A stretch of DNA of 63,835 nucleotides, the filler included, from Folioceros fuciformis (lineage: Eukaryota), in assembly GCA_049999805.1 (NCBI GenBank). It is 4 parts of 4 records of this genome, joined end to end, with 100 filler letters (N's around TTAATTAATTAA, not from the genome) between each part and the next. Parts side by side here need not be neighbours in the genome. Positions count along the whole stretch, not along the records: positions 1 to 21,582 come from JBNGIO010006177.1; positions 21,683 to 46,257 come from JBNGIO010006178.1; 2 more parts are not named here. One strand, 5' to 3'. Both the position numbers and the translations under genes were made by a program. A model generated the notes under the pieces. The model was not told the DNA's origin. It saw nothing but the letters and a program-made list of their open reading frames with translations, and did not search any database. This document shows, one piece after another, positions 12,701 through 24,567 of this stretch. Numbering within the stretch: the first letter of the stretch is position 1; each line of letters opens with the position of its first letter.

Positions 12701-15700
12701 GCAAAATACGTACTATCCTTTGTTGACGATTGGAGTAGATATACAATCGTCTACTTTATCAAATTCAAGAGTCAGACGCTCGACTCCTTCAAGGAGTATG
12801 TGGCATATGCACAGAGGCAGACAGGTGCCTTGGTCAGGACTCTTCGCAGTGACAATGGCGGAGAGTATTGCTCAAATGAGTTTGACACTTACTGTCGAGA
12901 CCTTGGCATTGCGTGCCAGTTTACTGTACCGTACACCTTAGCGCAGAATCCTCTTGTCGAGCTTAGCAACAAGCATCTGCAACAGTCAGCCCGATCCTTG
13001 TTAAAAGTTTCTAGGCTGCCGAGGGGGTATTGGGCTGAAGTTGTTGTGACATCAAACTATATCAAAATGCGCTTACCTACCAAGGCGTTTCCAGGTTCCA
13101 CTCCATTTGAGTGATGGACTTCCCACAAACCACGCATCAACCACCTGCGAGTTTTCGGAGCTCCTGTCTATGCTCACCTGTCAGATGACCAACGTGTCAA
13201 GCTCGATGACAAAGCCAGAAAATATGTCTTCGTGGGCTACACCGAAGGCATAAAAGGGTACAAGCTATACGACCCTAACACACACTCTACCATACATGCT
13301 AGAAGTTTGATTTTTGATGAATAGTTGCTGCTGACACCACCCGAACTGGCTCCCCTAACTAAGGAAGGAGCCACTAGCTATTTTGAGAGTCTGCAGGAGG
13401 ATAGCACCCTAAACTCTTGTCATACACCTGTTCAGTCAATTGTACAGCAACCTGTAGGTACAAATCAAGCTGTCCCACTAACAACTACTCAGGTTGACCC
13501 TAGTTCCATCCCGGAGGCACCTAGTTTCTTCCCAGATGATGTTGATGAGTCAGCCTCAGGCTCATGTGGTATAGAACCTAAAACAGGTGACCAGTCAGAA
13601 AATGAAAGCACTGAAAGCATGCAGGCTGCAACAGAAGGTGTTGAACCTGAACCTGCATTTCGTAGGGGCACAAACTTAGGTTGAAGGAGACATACCTCCT
13701 CCCCAAGTGAATGGCAAAACCCCCCATTAACATACAGTTCTTTCCTAGTACATGAGGAGGGTGAACCCATAGACCTGAATGAACCCCAGTCATACAAAGA
13801 AGCCAGAACAGGCTCAGAGGCATCCAAATGGGATGAAGCCATTTAGTCTGAATATCAGTCACTACTAGACAATAAGACGTGGGAGCTGGTTGATTTGCCT
13901 CCTGGTAGAAAACCTTTAACATGCAAATGGGTGTTTAAGAAAAAACTCAATCAGGATGGCACGAGAGCAAGATACAAGGCACGACTGGTGGCTAGAGGCT
14001 ACAGTCAGGTAGCAAGGTTAGACTATACAGAAACCTTCTCACCTGTTGTGAGGGCGACATCTGTACGGACCTTGCTGGCGATTGCTGCACAGTATGACTT
14101 TGCCATGCACCACATGGATGTAAAATCCGCATTCTTGAATGAGACTCTTGAAGAGACCATCTTTATGAGGCAACCTGAGGGCTTTGAGGACAAGAACCAC
14201 CCAAGCAAGGTTTGCAAGTTATTAAAGACTATATATGGACTGAAACAGTCCCCAAGGGCATGGTTCAAAAGGATTGATGCCTACCTAAAGCAGTCAGGCT
14301 TTGCACAAAGTGATGCGGACAGTAATGTGTACAAAATATCTGACAAGGAAGGGACAACATACCTGGCGTTGTATGTAGACGACGCGGTGATCATTGCCAG
14401 CAACCCTGCACTAATGGACAAGGTGAAAAGCATACTCAAGTCAGAATTCTGCATGTCTGACTTAGGTCAGCTCACCTACTTCCTAGGTGTCCAAATTCTC
14501 CAGAACCTGGCCACACATACTGTGTTCATTCATCAAACACAGTTCATCAAGCAAGTCGTAGTCAGATTCAAAATGCAAGATTGCAAACCAGCAGCTACTC
14601 CTATGGCTGTAGGGGACAAACTATCCCAAGACTAGTGCCCAAAGTCAGAGGATGAGAGGCGAAAAATGGAGTCTATTCCATGCAGGTCTGTAGTGTGCAC
14701 CCTCATCTATTGCAGAAGCTGGTCTCGGCCAGAGTTATCCCATGCAGTGGGAGCCATAGCTCAGTTCTTGACAAACTACGGGACTGCTCACTGGGTAGCA
14801 GCACAGCGCATTCTGAGGTATCTAAAAGGAGCACCAAGCTTGGGCTTGCTGTACAAGCAAAGAATTGAGCGGCTGCTACTTACCTGCTTCTCCGACGCTG
14901 ACTGGGCAGCAGATAGTGACACCCGACGTTCAATCTCAGCAAACTGCTTGATGTTGGGGAAGAACGAGTTTGAAGCAACCACAGTCGGGTGGTATAGCAA
15001 GGAACAACACGTTGTCGCCCTGTCTTCAACAGAAGCAGAATACACAGCTACTGCTCAAGCAGCACAAGATGTGGTCTATACAAGAGGACTGCTAGCATCC
15101 CTGGGAGAGCATTAGACTGCTCCAACCCTACTTCTTTGCGACAACCAATCGGCCTTGCTCTAGCCAGAAATCCAGTTGCATATTGACATCAAGCATCATT
15201 TTATTAGACAAGTCATTAGCGAGGGGAATGCTAACCTGCAGTATTGCCCTACAGACGAGAATGTAGCCGACCTACTGACAAAAGCTCTTCCAAGAGACAA
15301 GCATGAAAAATTCTGTCGGGCCATGGGGCTCTTAGAAATGCCTGACACCTAAACTGCACACCATTCTTAGGTAGCATCATCTTGACCACGTAACCCTGCG
15401 GTCCTCCAGTCGTTGAAGCGGCAAAAGGGCATGACAGTGGTGCATTTGTACCAAGGTTCTGCAAGAACACAAAGCAAGCCAAGTCAGTTGCAATCTGGGT
15501 GGAAAAGCAAGTCAGTGGGAGGCAAGGCAAGAAGGAATCACCGTAGCGGAGTATCAGCCTGCCGCCTTCAGCAAACTCGCTACCGGCATACATGAATTTG
15601 TTGGAGCAGTTGGGGAGATACCGGAAGGGAGCATCTGGAACTAGTTGCGGGTACTCTTGAGCGTGCCGCCAGCACGAGTGCGCAGCCTCAAGCTCACCCT

Positions 15701-16175
15701 CCAAGGATCGCAGCTTAGAAAAAATCAACGCAAAGTTGACACAGCCTCCTGGAGCGCCACAAGGCGTGGACGACGAGCATCACTAGAACAGCAAACTGAG
15801 CAAGCACGAGAACTGTCGAAGTGTCCATCTTCAGCGGCGGAACGTCGGCAACCCTAGCGGAAACTCAGCGGCGCAACGGAACTGCAGCAACGAACACGTC
15901 CGTCAAGTTATGCTTCCTAAGTGGGAGTGTAGAAAATGCTAGGTCACATATTTAAGTAGAAAGCATAATTAGGTAAATTAAATTAAAAACCCCAAAATGG
16001 TAGATCGTAATGGGTGCATCAAAATGACGCACCCCAAACCCTAACCGGCATCCATGCCATGGGACGTGACCAACCGTCGCGTGGCCGCGCTTAAAGAGCC
16101 ACCGGCTCAAACAATATAATTAATTCTTTGCCTAAATCTCTCTCTCTCACCTAATCGATCCTAGATTTATCTGCA
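9706..16175 (+). mobile_element. Full-length but degenerate Ty1/Copia element (6,470 bp) nested in the Gypsy integrase
   Basis: 5' LTR 9706-9932; PBS TGGTATCAGAGC (tRNA-iMet) 9933-9944; gag-PR-INT-RT-RH order; PPT; 3' LTR 15928-16175; near-perfect TSD GTCTG/GTCTA. Confidence 0.96.
11049..15352 (+). pseudogene. Copia gag-pol polyprotein with stops and frameshifts
   Basis: Gag with CNWC..GHYESEC knuckle; protease WYLDSCAS; GAG-pre-integrase WHYKLGH; integrase HSDLCGP/RSDNGGEY; RT; RNase H. Gag may extend upstream to about 10144. Confidence 0.93.
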
Positions 16176-17827
16176 GTCTACTGGGTCCTACCTTCTCAGC
16201 AGTCCTATACGCCCACAAGGCTGAATGGAGCTTCCTATCCCAGTCATGAGCATAGGTGACGGTGAGTTTGCTAAGAATCTTGCACAACAGCCCGTTAGCC
16301 TTCTCCGTGAGGCCATTGGCCTTAGGGTTGTAGGGAGTGGTCTTCCTATGACTGATATTGAAATATTCAGTCATGTGCTTGACCACTTCATTAATGAAGT
16401 GAGTCCCCCTATCACTCACCAGCTCCAACGGGCATCCATACCTCATGATGATTTGCTCAAACAAAAATCTGGCCACCACATTTGTTGTGTCCACGGGCAA
16501 AGCTTGAACCTCCCCCATGCGTGTGCAGTAGTCGGTTGCCACCAGGATGTATTGGTTCTGCCTTCCCTTGGACTTGGGCTGAATTGGTCCTACAAAATCA
16601 ATCCCCCACTGCTCAAATGGTGCTAGAGCTAGGATGGGGACCAATGGCCATTGTGTTGTCCTGGTAGGGTTCCCCACCCTTTGGCACGCATCACACCTCT
16701 TGATGAATTCCCCAGCATCAGCATGCATTGTTGGCCACCAATACCCTGCTGCTAGAATTTTTCTGCAGGTTACATGGGCTGCATAATGACCTCCAGCCTC
16801 TCCCTCATGCAAGGAGCTGATAACCTGCTCCACTTGGTCATGGTTGACCCACAAACGCTCCACTCCATCAGCTCCTGTGCGATACAGCTTGCCCTTATGC
16901 TTAACTACTAGCCTCGTGAAATAAAGGAACAACCGTTGCTACTGCCATGAGAGATGAGGTGGAAATTCCCCCATGCCTAAAAAATCAAATACCTCCTGGT
17001 AAGATGGTTTGCGGACCCCTCTTCTCCCCTTCTCATTCGGCGCCACACCTCCATCTCTTGGCAGCTTAGCATTTGGTTTGGCCCTTTCCTTCCCAACTAG
17101 CTCTGCTGAAAACGCCTCATTCGAAAAGTCATCTTCCTGGTCTTGAACTACTTTCTCTATCTTCAGCCTTGACAGGAAATCAGCATTCACATGTCTGCGC
17201 CCTTCTCTTATTTCCACAGTGAATGTGAACTCCTGTAGGAGCAAAATCCAGCGGGCTATCCTGCCCGATAGATTTGCCTTGTTGACCAAGTGCTTGAGAG
17301 CAAAATGATCAACATGGAAGACAAACTCATAGGAGGGGAGGTAATGACGAAATTTATGACATGAGTAGACCATGCCAAGGGCCTCCCTCTCGGTTGTGGT
17401 GTACTTGCGCCACATTGGGGCCACCCACTCTCAATTCACAATGGGAAAAATCACATTTGCCTTCAAGTACTGCTCCAGCTGTTCCTTTACCTTCATGGAG
17501 TACTTTGGATTCAACTTGTATTGTGGAATTCAAACGGGGATAGCTCCTGGTTCCAAGTCAATCTTGTGCTCCCCCCATTCTTTGGGAATTCCCTTCATGT
17601 CCGTCACCTCAAAGGCAAACACATCGATGAACTCAGCCAAGAGTTGCTTCATCCCCTCCTCCAATGTGGCATCCAGCTATTTTGCAAACTTCAACACTTT
17701 GCCTGGCAGTACCTCCACATCCTTGATTTCATTAGCCTGCACCCATTCACACTCCACCGGTGCTGAGCTGACTCGAAACCCCTCCTCCGGCTCCCAGGGA
17801 TCTTCCTCCCTCATTCCCCTTTCCTTG
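16176..17827 (-). pseudogene. Gypsy pol remnant, second copy
   Basis: Identical to 2596-4247. Confidence 0.92.
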
Positions 17828-20800
17828 ATGTTCAGGAGAGGAGGAAGAAGTGGCACGACCAGAAGTTGCATAAACAAGAGTATGTTGTGCCTGGAGATTA
17901 TGACAATAGGTACATGCACTTTCTAGTGAAGCTGCACTTGAGATGGATGGGACCTTACAGGGTGCTAGAGGTGTGTAAGAATGGGTCCATTCAACTGCAG
18001 CACCTCAACAGCCCTAACTTACCAACCAAGGTTAATGGTTGGCGTGTGAAGAAGTATTATCAGTAGTTGGTGAGGACGCCAATAAATGAGAAGGGGAGTA
18101 TGTGGAGACCACATGGTAGATACGCCTCTTAGAAAATGGGTGGTATTTGTTTTTTTTGGAGTTTTGATAGAATTCCTTGGAGAGGTAATTAGGAAACTAT
18201 GTTAGATAAGGCTAGATTAAATAGGATGATCAGGAGATAGTGGTGGTGCAGTTTAGAAAATCAACAATCGTCTAGCTAACCCTTGGCCGTGGAAAATGTG
18301 AAGTAGGGGGTAGGGTGTGCCCGTGGAAAGGGACACCGGCTTGTGTGGAACCCTAAGTCGGGCGTGTGAGGGGTGAGTTGGGGCCTCGGGAGCGTGCGGA
18401 ACGGCGTGTGAGGGTGAGTTGGGGCCTCGGGAGCGTGCGGAACGCGGTTGGGCATAGGCATGGGGGTGGCGTGCTTAGACTTGCCATGGCCTTGCCCAGG
18501 TGCGCCGGGGGGGCTGAGGATCCTGAGAGCAGGCAGCTGGATAGGCCAGGAGTAGGGCCAGGCTTGGCCGGATCCTGGTCAGCAGGTGGGCCGACCTGCT
18601 GCTGTGGGGCTCTCGACAGGCCGACTGATCGGTGGCTGCAAGCCTCACCTGGATTCAACAGGCCGGGGTGACCACAAGATGGCTCCAGGCAGGGTGGTAG
18701 GAGGGTGGCCTAAGGCGGGTACCTAGGTTGGCTGCCTGGCCGAGGCTTGGAGCCAGCAACGGCCGGCTGGTCAAGGCTGAAGGCTGGAGGCGAAGGCGGG
18801 CTGCGAGGGCTTGAGCAGTCTGGCCGGCTACCTGGACTATGGTTAGCCGGCGGCCTATTGGCAACATGGGGACCGGCCAGGATGCTAGCAGGCAGCCAGG
18901 AGGATAGTCGGAATAGCGACGGGTTGGCTGTTCGGCTAGCCATGCTGTACGGTTGGTTGAAGCTGGAAGAGGGGGTGGTGTGGACCCCGTTGGATGTTTG
19001 AAGGCAAGGTCAGCGCCAGTGGCCGCGATTAGGGCTGCTGGCCTGGGTCATGGCGAGCAAGTGGCAAGTCGGGCAAGCGGCGGCGCTGTGTAGCAGGCCG
19101 GGGCCCGGCTGAGGACTCGGCGGGGTCTAGCAGGCAGGTGGCGGGGCGGATCCTACCAAACGGCTGCAAGCAAGCAGCCCAGTACCGACTGCAGACGAGC
19201 AGCTTGGTCTAGTTGCAAGCAGGCAGCCTGGCCTAGCTGCAGGCCGCCAGCCACTGCAAGAAGGTAGCCTCGTAGCGGCAGTAGGGACAGGTTGGTGTGT
19301 GGTTTTGGCCAGAGGGTAGATCCAACCAGGCACCCAGCGGGTTGGGGGAAGTCCTGGCCGGAGGGAGTGTCACATCGGCAGGCTGGCTGCCTACCAGATC
19401 CGGAAGGCAAGAGGCCGGTTTGCGGCCTCTGGGGATGGAGGAGCCAGGCAGCGGCGCTGGATATGCGGGTGTACCAGGCCGGTAGGCAGGTTGGTCGACC
19501 AGATGGGCAGTCTGCCTGGGGGAGCCAGCCAGCCAGGGTGCAGGCGGCCTGGCTGGGTGCTCGGGGCTGGCGGATAGCGGCCAGTTGGAAGGGGTCCTGG
19601 TAGGGGAAAGCCTTGCCGAATCGGCGAGGTGGCCACCAGGAGGCTAGCAGGCTAGCCGGGTTGGCTGATTGGTTGCGGCTAGAGGTGGCCTAGCAGGGCC
19701 TTGGAGGACGGTTGGGCCAGCAGCGGCGCAGCTGCAGGTGGGCAGCCGGCGGCAGCAGCCAGTGGGAGACCTGCTGGCTGGCAGGCAAACCTGGCAGGCT
19801 GGTTGGATCCCGAAGCCAGGCAGCAGCCTGGCTGGCTATCTTAGCCAGGTAGCGGCCTGGCTGGCTATCTTAGCCAGGCAGTCGCCCGGCTTGCTGGCAG
19901 CCGGGGCAGATCCAGGCTGGTTGGGACTGGGGCTGGATCCGGAGGTTACCAGGCAGGCCGACAACGCAAGCAAGCCAGGGGCGGTGCCGAATCCTGGCGG
20001 GCTGTGGCTGGCCGGTCCTGCAGCCAAGCAGCAGGCAAGCAGGCAGCCCCGCAGCGGTGGAGATAGGCCAGATGGGGGCAAGGCGCTCCGAGGGGCTGTG
20101 GCAGGTCTCCGGGGCAGTCTATGGCAGACCGGTGGCCAGCTGGTGGTCTAGCGGGCTTCTAAGGAGCCTAGCCAACAGCCCATCGTTCTAGGCAGCCCAG
20201 TAGCGTTAGCTGCACCAGACAGCCAAGCCGGGCAGGCTGGCTGGCTAGCTGGATTTGGAAGGCAGACAGCCAGATAGGTTGCTGGAGCGCTGGCTGGAGC
20301 ATGGCCAAGCAGCCAGGCAGCCAGGCAAGGCTGCCAGATCTAGGCAGATGCTGGCCGGATGGACAAACAACCCAACCCGGCCTTGGGAGTAGGAGGTCGG
20401 CGGAGCTAGGCCAAAGCCAGGAAGGCTGGTGGCTGGCGGGCTGGCCGGATTCGGAACAACAGCGCAGGCAGGCTAGGTGGGTATGGTCGGCCTAGCGGGA
20501 CGCTGGAGGCGGGTTGTCGGTAGGGCGCTCTGGGCATGGTAGGCCGAGGCAGGGCTGAGGTAGGCCACGTGGCGGCGGGTTAGCCGGATCCGCAGGGGTG
20601 GCAGGCTGGGAGCCTGATATGGGCTACGGCGGCTGGCCAGTGGGCTCACGCGGCCCCCTGACTAAGATCAGATGGCAGGCTGGCTGCGGCTGGTCGAGCT
20701 GGGGCCAAGCAGCCATTGGTCGACTAGAGGCCGGCTGGGTGAAGTCCAGGCCGGGGGGGAATCCTAGCAGATGGCTGGCCAAGTAGCATCTGGTTGAGGA

Positions 20801-21582
20801 GCGGGCAGCCCTGCCCGGCCAGGCAACCAGGCAAGGCTACCAGATCCAGGAGGTGGCCAAAGTCCGGGTCGTAGGTGGCCGGATCCAGGCAAACAGGGGG
20901 TCATGCATCCAGGCTAGTGCAAGCGAATTGAAACCAGACAGGCGGCTGGCTGCAAGGGGCAGCATCCAGTGGAGGCAGGTAGGCTGGTCGAGGCCGGGTA
21001 GAGCAGGCCAGCTTGAGGGCAGCCTGGCTAGTCGACGAGTAAACCGGCTGCAGGGGAATTCAGCCAGATAGTCGGGCTGATCCGACTGGCTGGCAGGCGA
21101 ATCCAAGCTCGGCCGGATCGCTAAGGCTGGACAGGGCCGGGATGGCAGGATCCAAGCAACCATGGCAGGTTGGCCGGGATCGCGTTTGGCAGGTTGGCCG
21201 GGATCGCGTTTGGCAGGTTGGCTGGCTAGAAGGCACCGAGAGGCCTGGATTGGGATCTAAGTAGGCGACTGCTAAGCGGGCGGACTAGATCCAAGTGGTT
21301 GGCTAGCCTAAGCAGATGGCAAGGCGGTGGCGGCGCAGCCAGGCTGCAGGATGGCTAGGCAGCCGAGCAAGGCTGCCGGGTCCTGGGAGGCGAGGCTCGA
21401 AGTTGGGGATTCAGGGACAAGGTGGAGGGGAAGCCGCTCGAGTCATGCTTCGAGCAGGGAGGCTACGGTGGTGTGGACAAAGGTTGGGGGCGCAGCCCGC
21501 CAGGTGAATGCGTGTAGACAAAACTGACGGACCTGCGAACTGCCCCATCCAGGCGGAAAGCCTAGTACAGGCGTGTTGCTAG
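17823..21582 (+). mobile_element. Gypsy integrase C-terminus, PPT and LTR (from 18101), truncated by a gap
   Basis: Identical to 4243-8002. Confidence 0.92.
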
Positions 21583-21682
21583 NNNNNNNNNNNNNNNNNN
21601 NNNNNNNNNNNNNNNNNNNNNNNNNNTTAATTAATTAANNNNNNNNNNNNNNNNNNNNNNNNNNNNNNNNNNNNNNNNNNNN
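21583..21682. other. Assembly gap with TTAATTAATTAA linker (also 46258-46357 and 60801-60900; plain N gaps at 42891-42990 and 60311-60410)
   Basis: 100-bp N runs with a six-frame-stop linker at the centre. Confidence 0.97.
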
Positions 21683-22691
21683 CTCTTCCTCTCCTCGTAT
21701 TCTATGCAAAGCGCTTATATCTCCCTCAATCTCCCACTCTCTTGCCTTGCTTTGCCCCTTACCTTGCCATGCAGAGCTTAAGTCCACCTCCCGTTTCCAT
21801 TTCCGTTACTCGCTACTTTCAAGATGCTCCTCTCCATTCTTCTTAGCCATGCAAAGAAAACCAACCCTCCCTCCCTTCGTCTTCCAAAGAATGTGGTTAG
21901 CTCTTTACCTACCTCCCCTTCTTTCACATCCTCGGTCTTGTCTTGCCTCCCGACACCTCGAGTGCATCATAATCCAATCTCAACTTCACATCCATATTTA
22001 GATCTCGTAACTTAAACATTACCTAAAGATATGCACCCTCCTACTATCATAGTATACAATCAACTCAATAATCAAACATGATCGATTTTAAATTCGCCCA
22101 ATCTTAGTTCATATGCATCATGCCACCGCAAATCAAATCTTTACTATCAAATGTCAAGTCTCGTGGAGTACTTCAAATTCACTCACCTATCACTTTACTT
22201 CTTGTTGCACGCCATCTTCCTACCACTTGAACAAGATCATGTATCAAATAAGCAAATCTTAACTTCATATTGTAAAGTCGAACATAACAAATATTCGATG
22301 GGGTATCCGTATCGTACAATCTACCCAACCAACCAAGAAGCAATCAAGTGACTAACCTTCATCTATCTTTGACAATGACGCATCTTCATTTTCATTGATG
22401 TCTACCTTTGCATACACAACTACTGATCAAACTTGTATCCATGTCTACATAATTGTATGTATCATCTAGTTCAAGCCTATTCTAGTTCAAAATAATTATG
22501 CACCTCATTCACTTGTTGTTCATGGTAAATTGCGTTGTTCCCCATTGTTTTGGTGTAGATGATATAGACATTATTTTAACAAATTATTATTACTTCCAAT
22601 AAAAAAATTTAGACAGCAAGATATCTTTAAAACTAGTCATATGTTTTGTGTGTTTCACATGCAGCTTTTAAAAGAAAAAGAAAAAAAAAAT

Positions 22692-22727
22692 GAAGAAGAA
22701 GAAGAAGAAGAAGGAGGAGGAGGAGGA
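22692..22727 (+). repeat. (GAA)7(GGA)5 microsatellite
   Basis: Read directly. Confidence 0.9.
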
Positions 22728-24567
22728 ATTAGTCAAAGTCAACCAAAATTGGCTCCTGAAAATTTGGGAAAAATAAAATATAAATTTTTGTGTTGTAAGA
22801 TTTTTCTTGACAAGTACAAAACATGAAATGGAAAGAAACCATGATATATGCTTTGCATATCTACATCGTAGAGCCACAATATTCCTCATCCTATGTACAT
22901 GCATATTTTTGTAAATTTGTTGTTTTTCTCATGTTATGCATTGGAAAAAAAAAAACAGGTTTGGAGAGATGTATATGGCCACTGGATATTAGGCACACTA
23001 CAAGACAAAACACAAAATAATGTGGAATAATGTCCTGCTGCTTTTCGGATTTTACAGGGTAGTACTCCATGGGTGAGCAAGAGCAAGGTAAGGAGGGAGG
23101 AGGTAAATGTCAGAGAGGGAGTTACACGAAAAAGAGAGAGAAGAATTACGTCGGACAATGGCCTCCACCACTCACGGGCTGGATCTTAATATCTCAACCA
23201 TATGCAACTTTAATTTTTTATACGTTGCTTTAAAGAGACAAAAGAGAAAGCGGCATGTGGGGAGCATAATTTTAGCAAAAGCTCGGAGGCGTTGTGTGGT
23301 TACGTACAGCATGCTGTTGTTGCTCGGGGAAAGTAATGTGTGTAGCGTACCAGGCGTGCATAAGAACGATAAGGAGAAGACAAAAAAGGGGGCGAGGCGA
23401 GTGAGATAAAGCACAAGCACAAGCAGCTTTGTACAAAGCACAAAGCTCACGACAAGGTTGACTAAGTGCGTTCCGCGCGGTGGCGGGGGTCTTGAAAATT
23501 GGCGGAATGGCGTGGGCCGCCAAACAGGCGACACATCAAATCCTTGCTCCACAGCCGAGTTCCGCGTGGTGATGAGACGTATCATTCAGTGCGTCTTGTC
23601 GGAAATCTCTTGTTGCATTTCATTGGTAGGTGAGGTTCAAGAGAGTCAGCTGGAGACGCATTCAATGGCCTCCGTGCCATCCATCATCACCGTTCCCGCT
23701 TCCGATTTATGGCGGGCTCGCTGGCTCGCAGCTGGCTAGCGGCACCTAGTCTTATATGGCCTGCCTAGCAACCTACAATACCTAGGTATCTAGCCAGCAA
23801 CCGGGGGCCAGCGAAGCTAGAGATACATTCATACATGGTTAGCTAGCCGCGAGTATCTTCCCTCAAGGAGAAGGAGGAGCAAGGAACAACGGGGATGGGG
23901 ACGGGCACTGGGACGGAGGACGGGAACACGGGACGAGGCAATCAAGCCTGCTGCGAGCCGTGCTTTGCTTTGGCCGTTTGTGATGAGACAGCCCAACACC
24001 TCGCCTCATCAGTCTCCTTCTCCCTCCCTCTCGCTAGGGTTAGCCCAGCGCGACGCTCGATGAGAGAGTGGAGTCGTGTCCAAACGACGAGACGACTCCT
24101 TTCGTTGCGCTTCTCGACTTTTATGATGAGGCGCGGGCGCAGGGGCCGCAGGCGCGTAGCGCCGAGGGCCCAGACTGGGCACCAACCAGCAGCTCGTGGT
24201 CACAAGGCCGTAGGGGCAGGGGTACTGGACGGGTACGCTCGTCCACGATTGTGATTGCAACCTTTCCTTTCCCGCTTTAGGTGTAGAGTTCTATTCCTGC
24301 TTTCCCACCAACATCCAGGCACATGCGAGGGACGCACAGCCATCAGTCGCAAATCATTTGTCCATTATGGGCTGCGCATTCCAAAGCCCTTCCCGATCCA
24401 AAGGTTGCTGTCACATGCACCGGGTGGCTGTTGCTTTGGACAGATTCCGACACTCTCACACAGGCCCCTGCCAGGCCAGGCCAGACCAGCCCAGTCCAGG
24501 ACGTTTGTTGTTATGCCCATTCATTCCCTCGCGCTCCTGTCATACAGCTAAGCCCTGTACATACATT

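Larger units (their letters stand above)
1..21582 (+). repeat. Direct tandem duplication, period 13,580 bp (1-8002 = 13581-21582)
   Basis: Every ORF in the track recurs with identical translation at +13,580 (e.g. 315/13895, 2567/16147, 7747/21327). Spot-checked nucleotides match up to the N gap. Confidence 0.97.

Noticed and set aside
21627-21638. TTAATTAATTAA within N runs
   Set aside because: Artificial contig-joining linker; adjacency across these gaps should not be trusted.
23716-23818. Fold-back (CGCTGGC..GCTGGCTAG..ACCTAG / CTAGGT..CTAGCCAGC..GCCAGCG) as a miRNA precursor
   Set aside because: Large asymmetric internal loops and no match to conserved plant miRNAs that I recognise.
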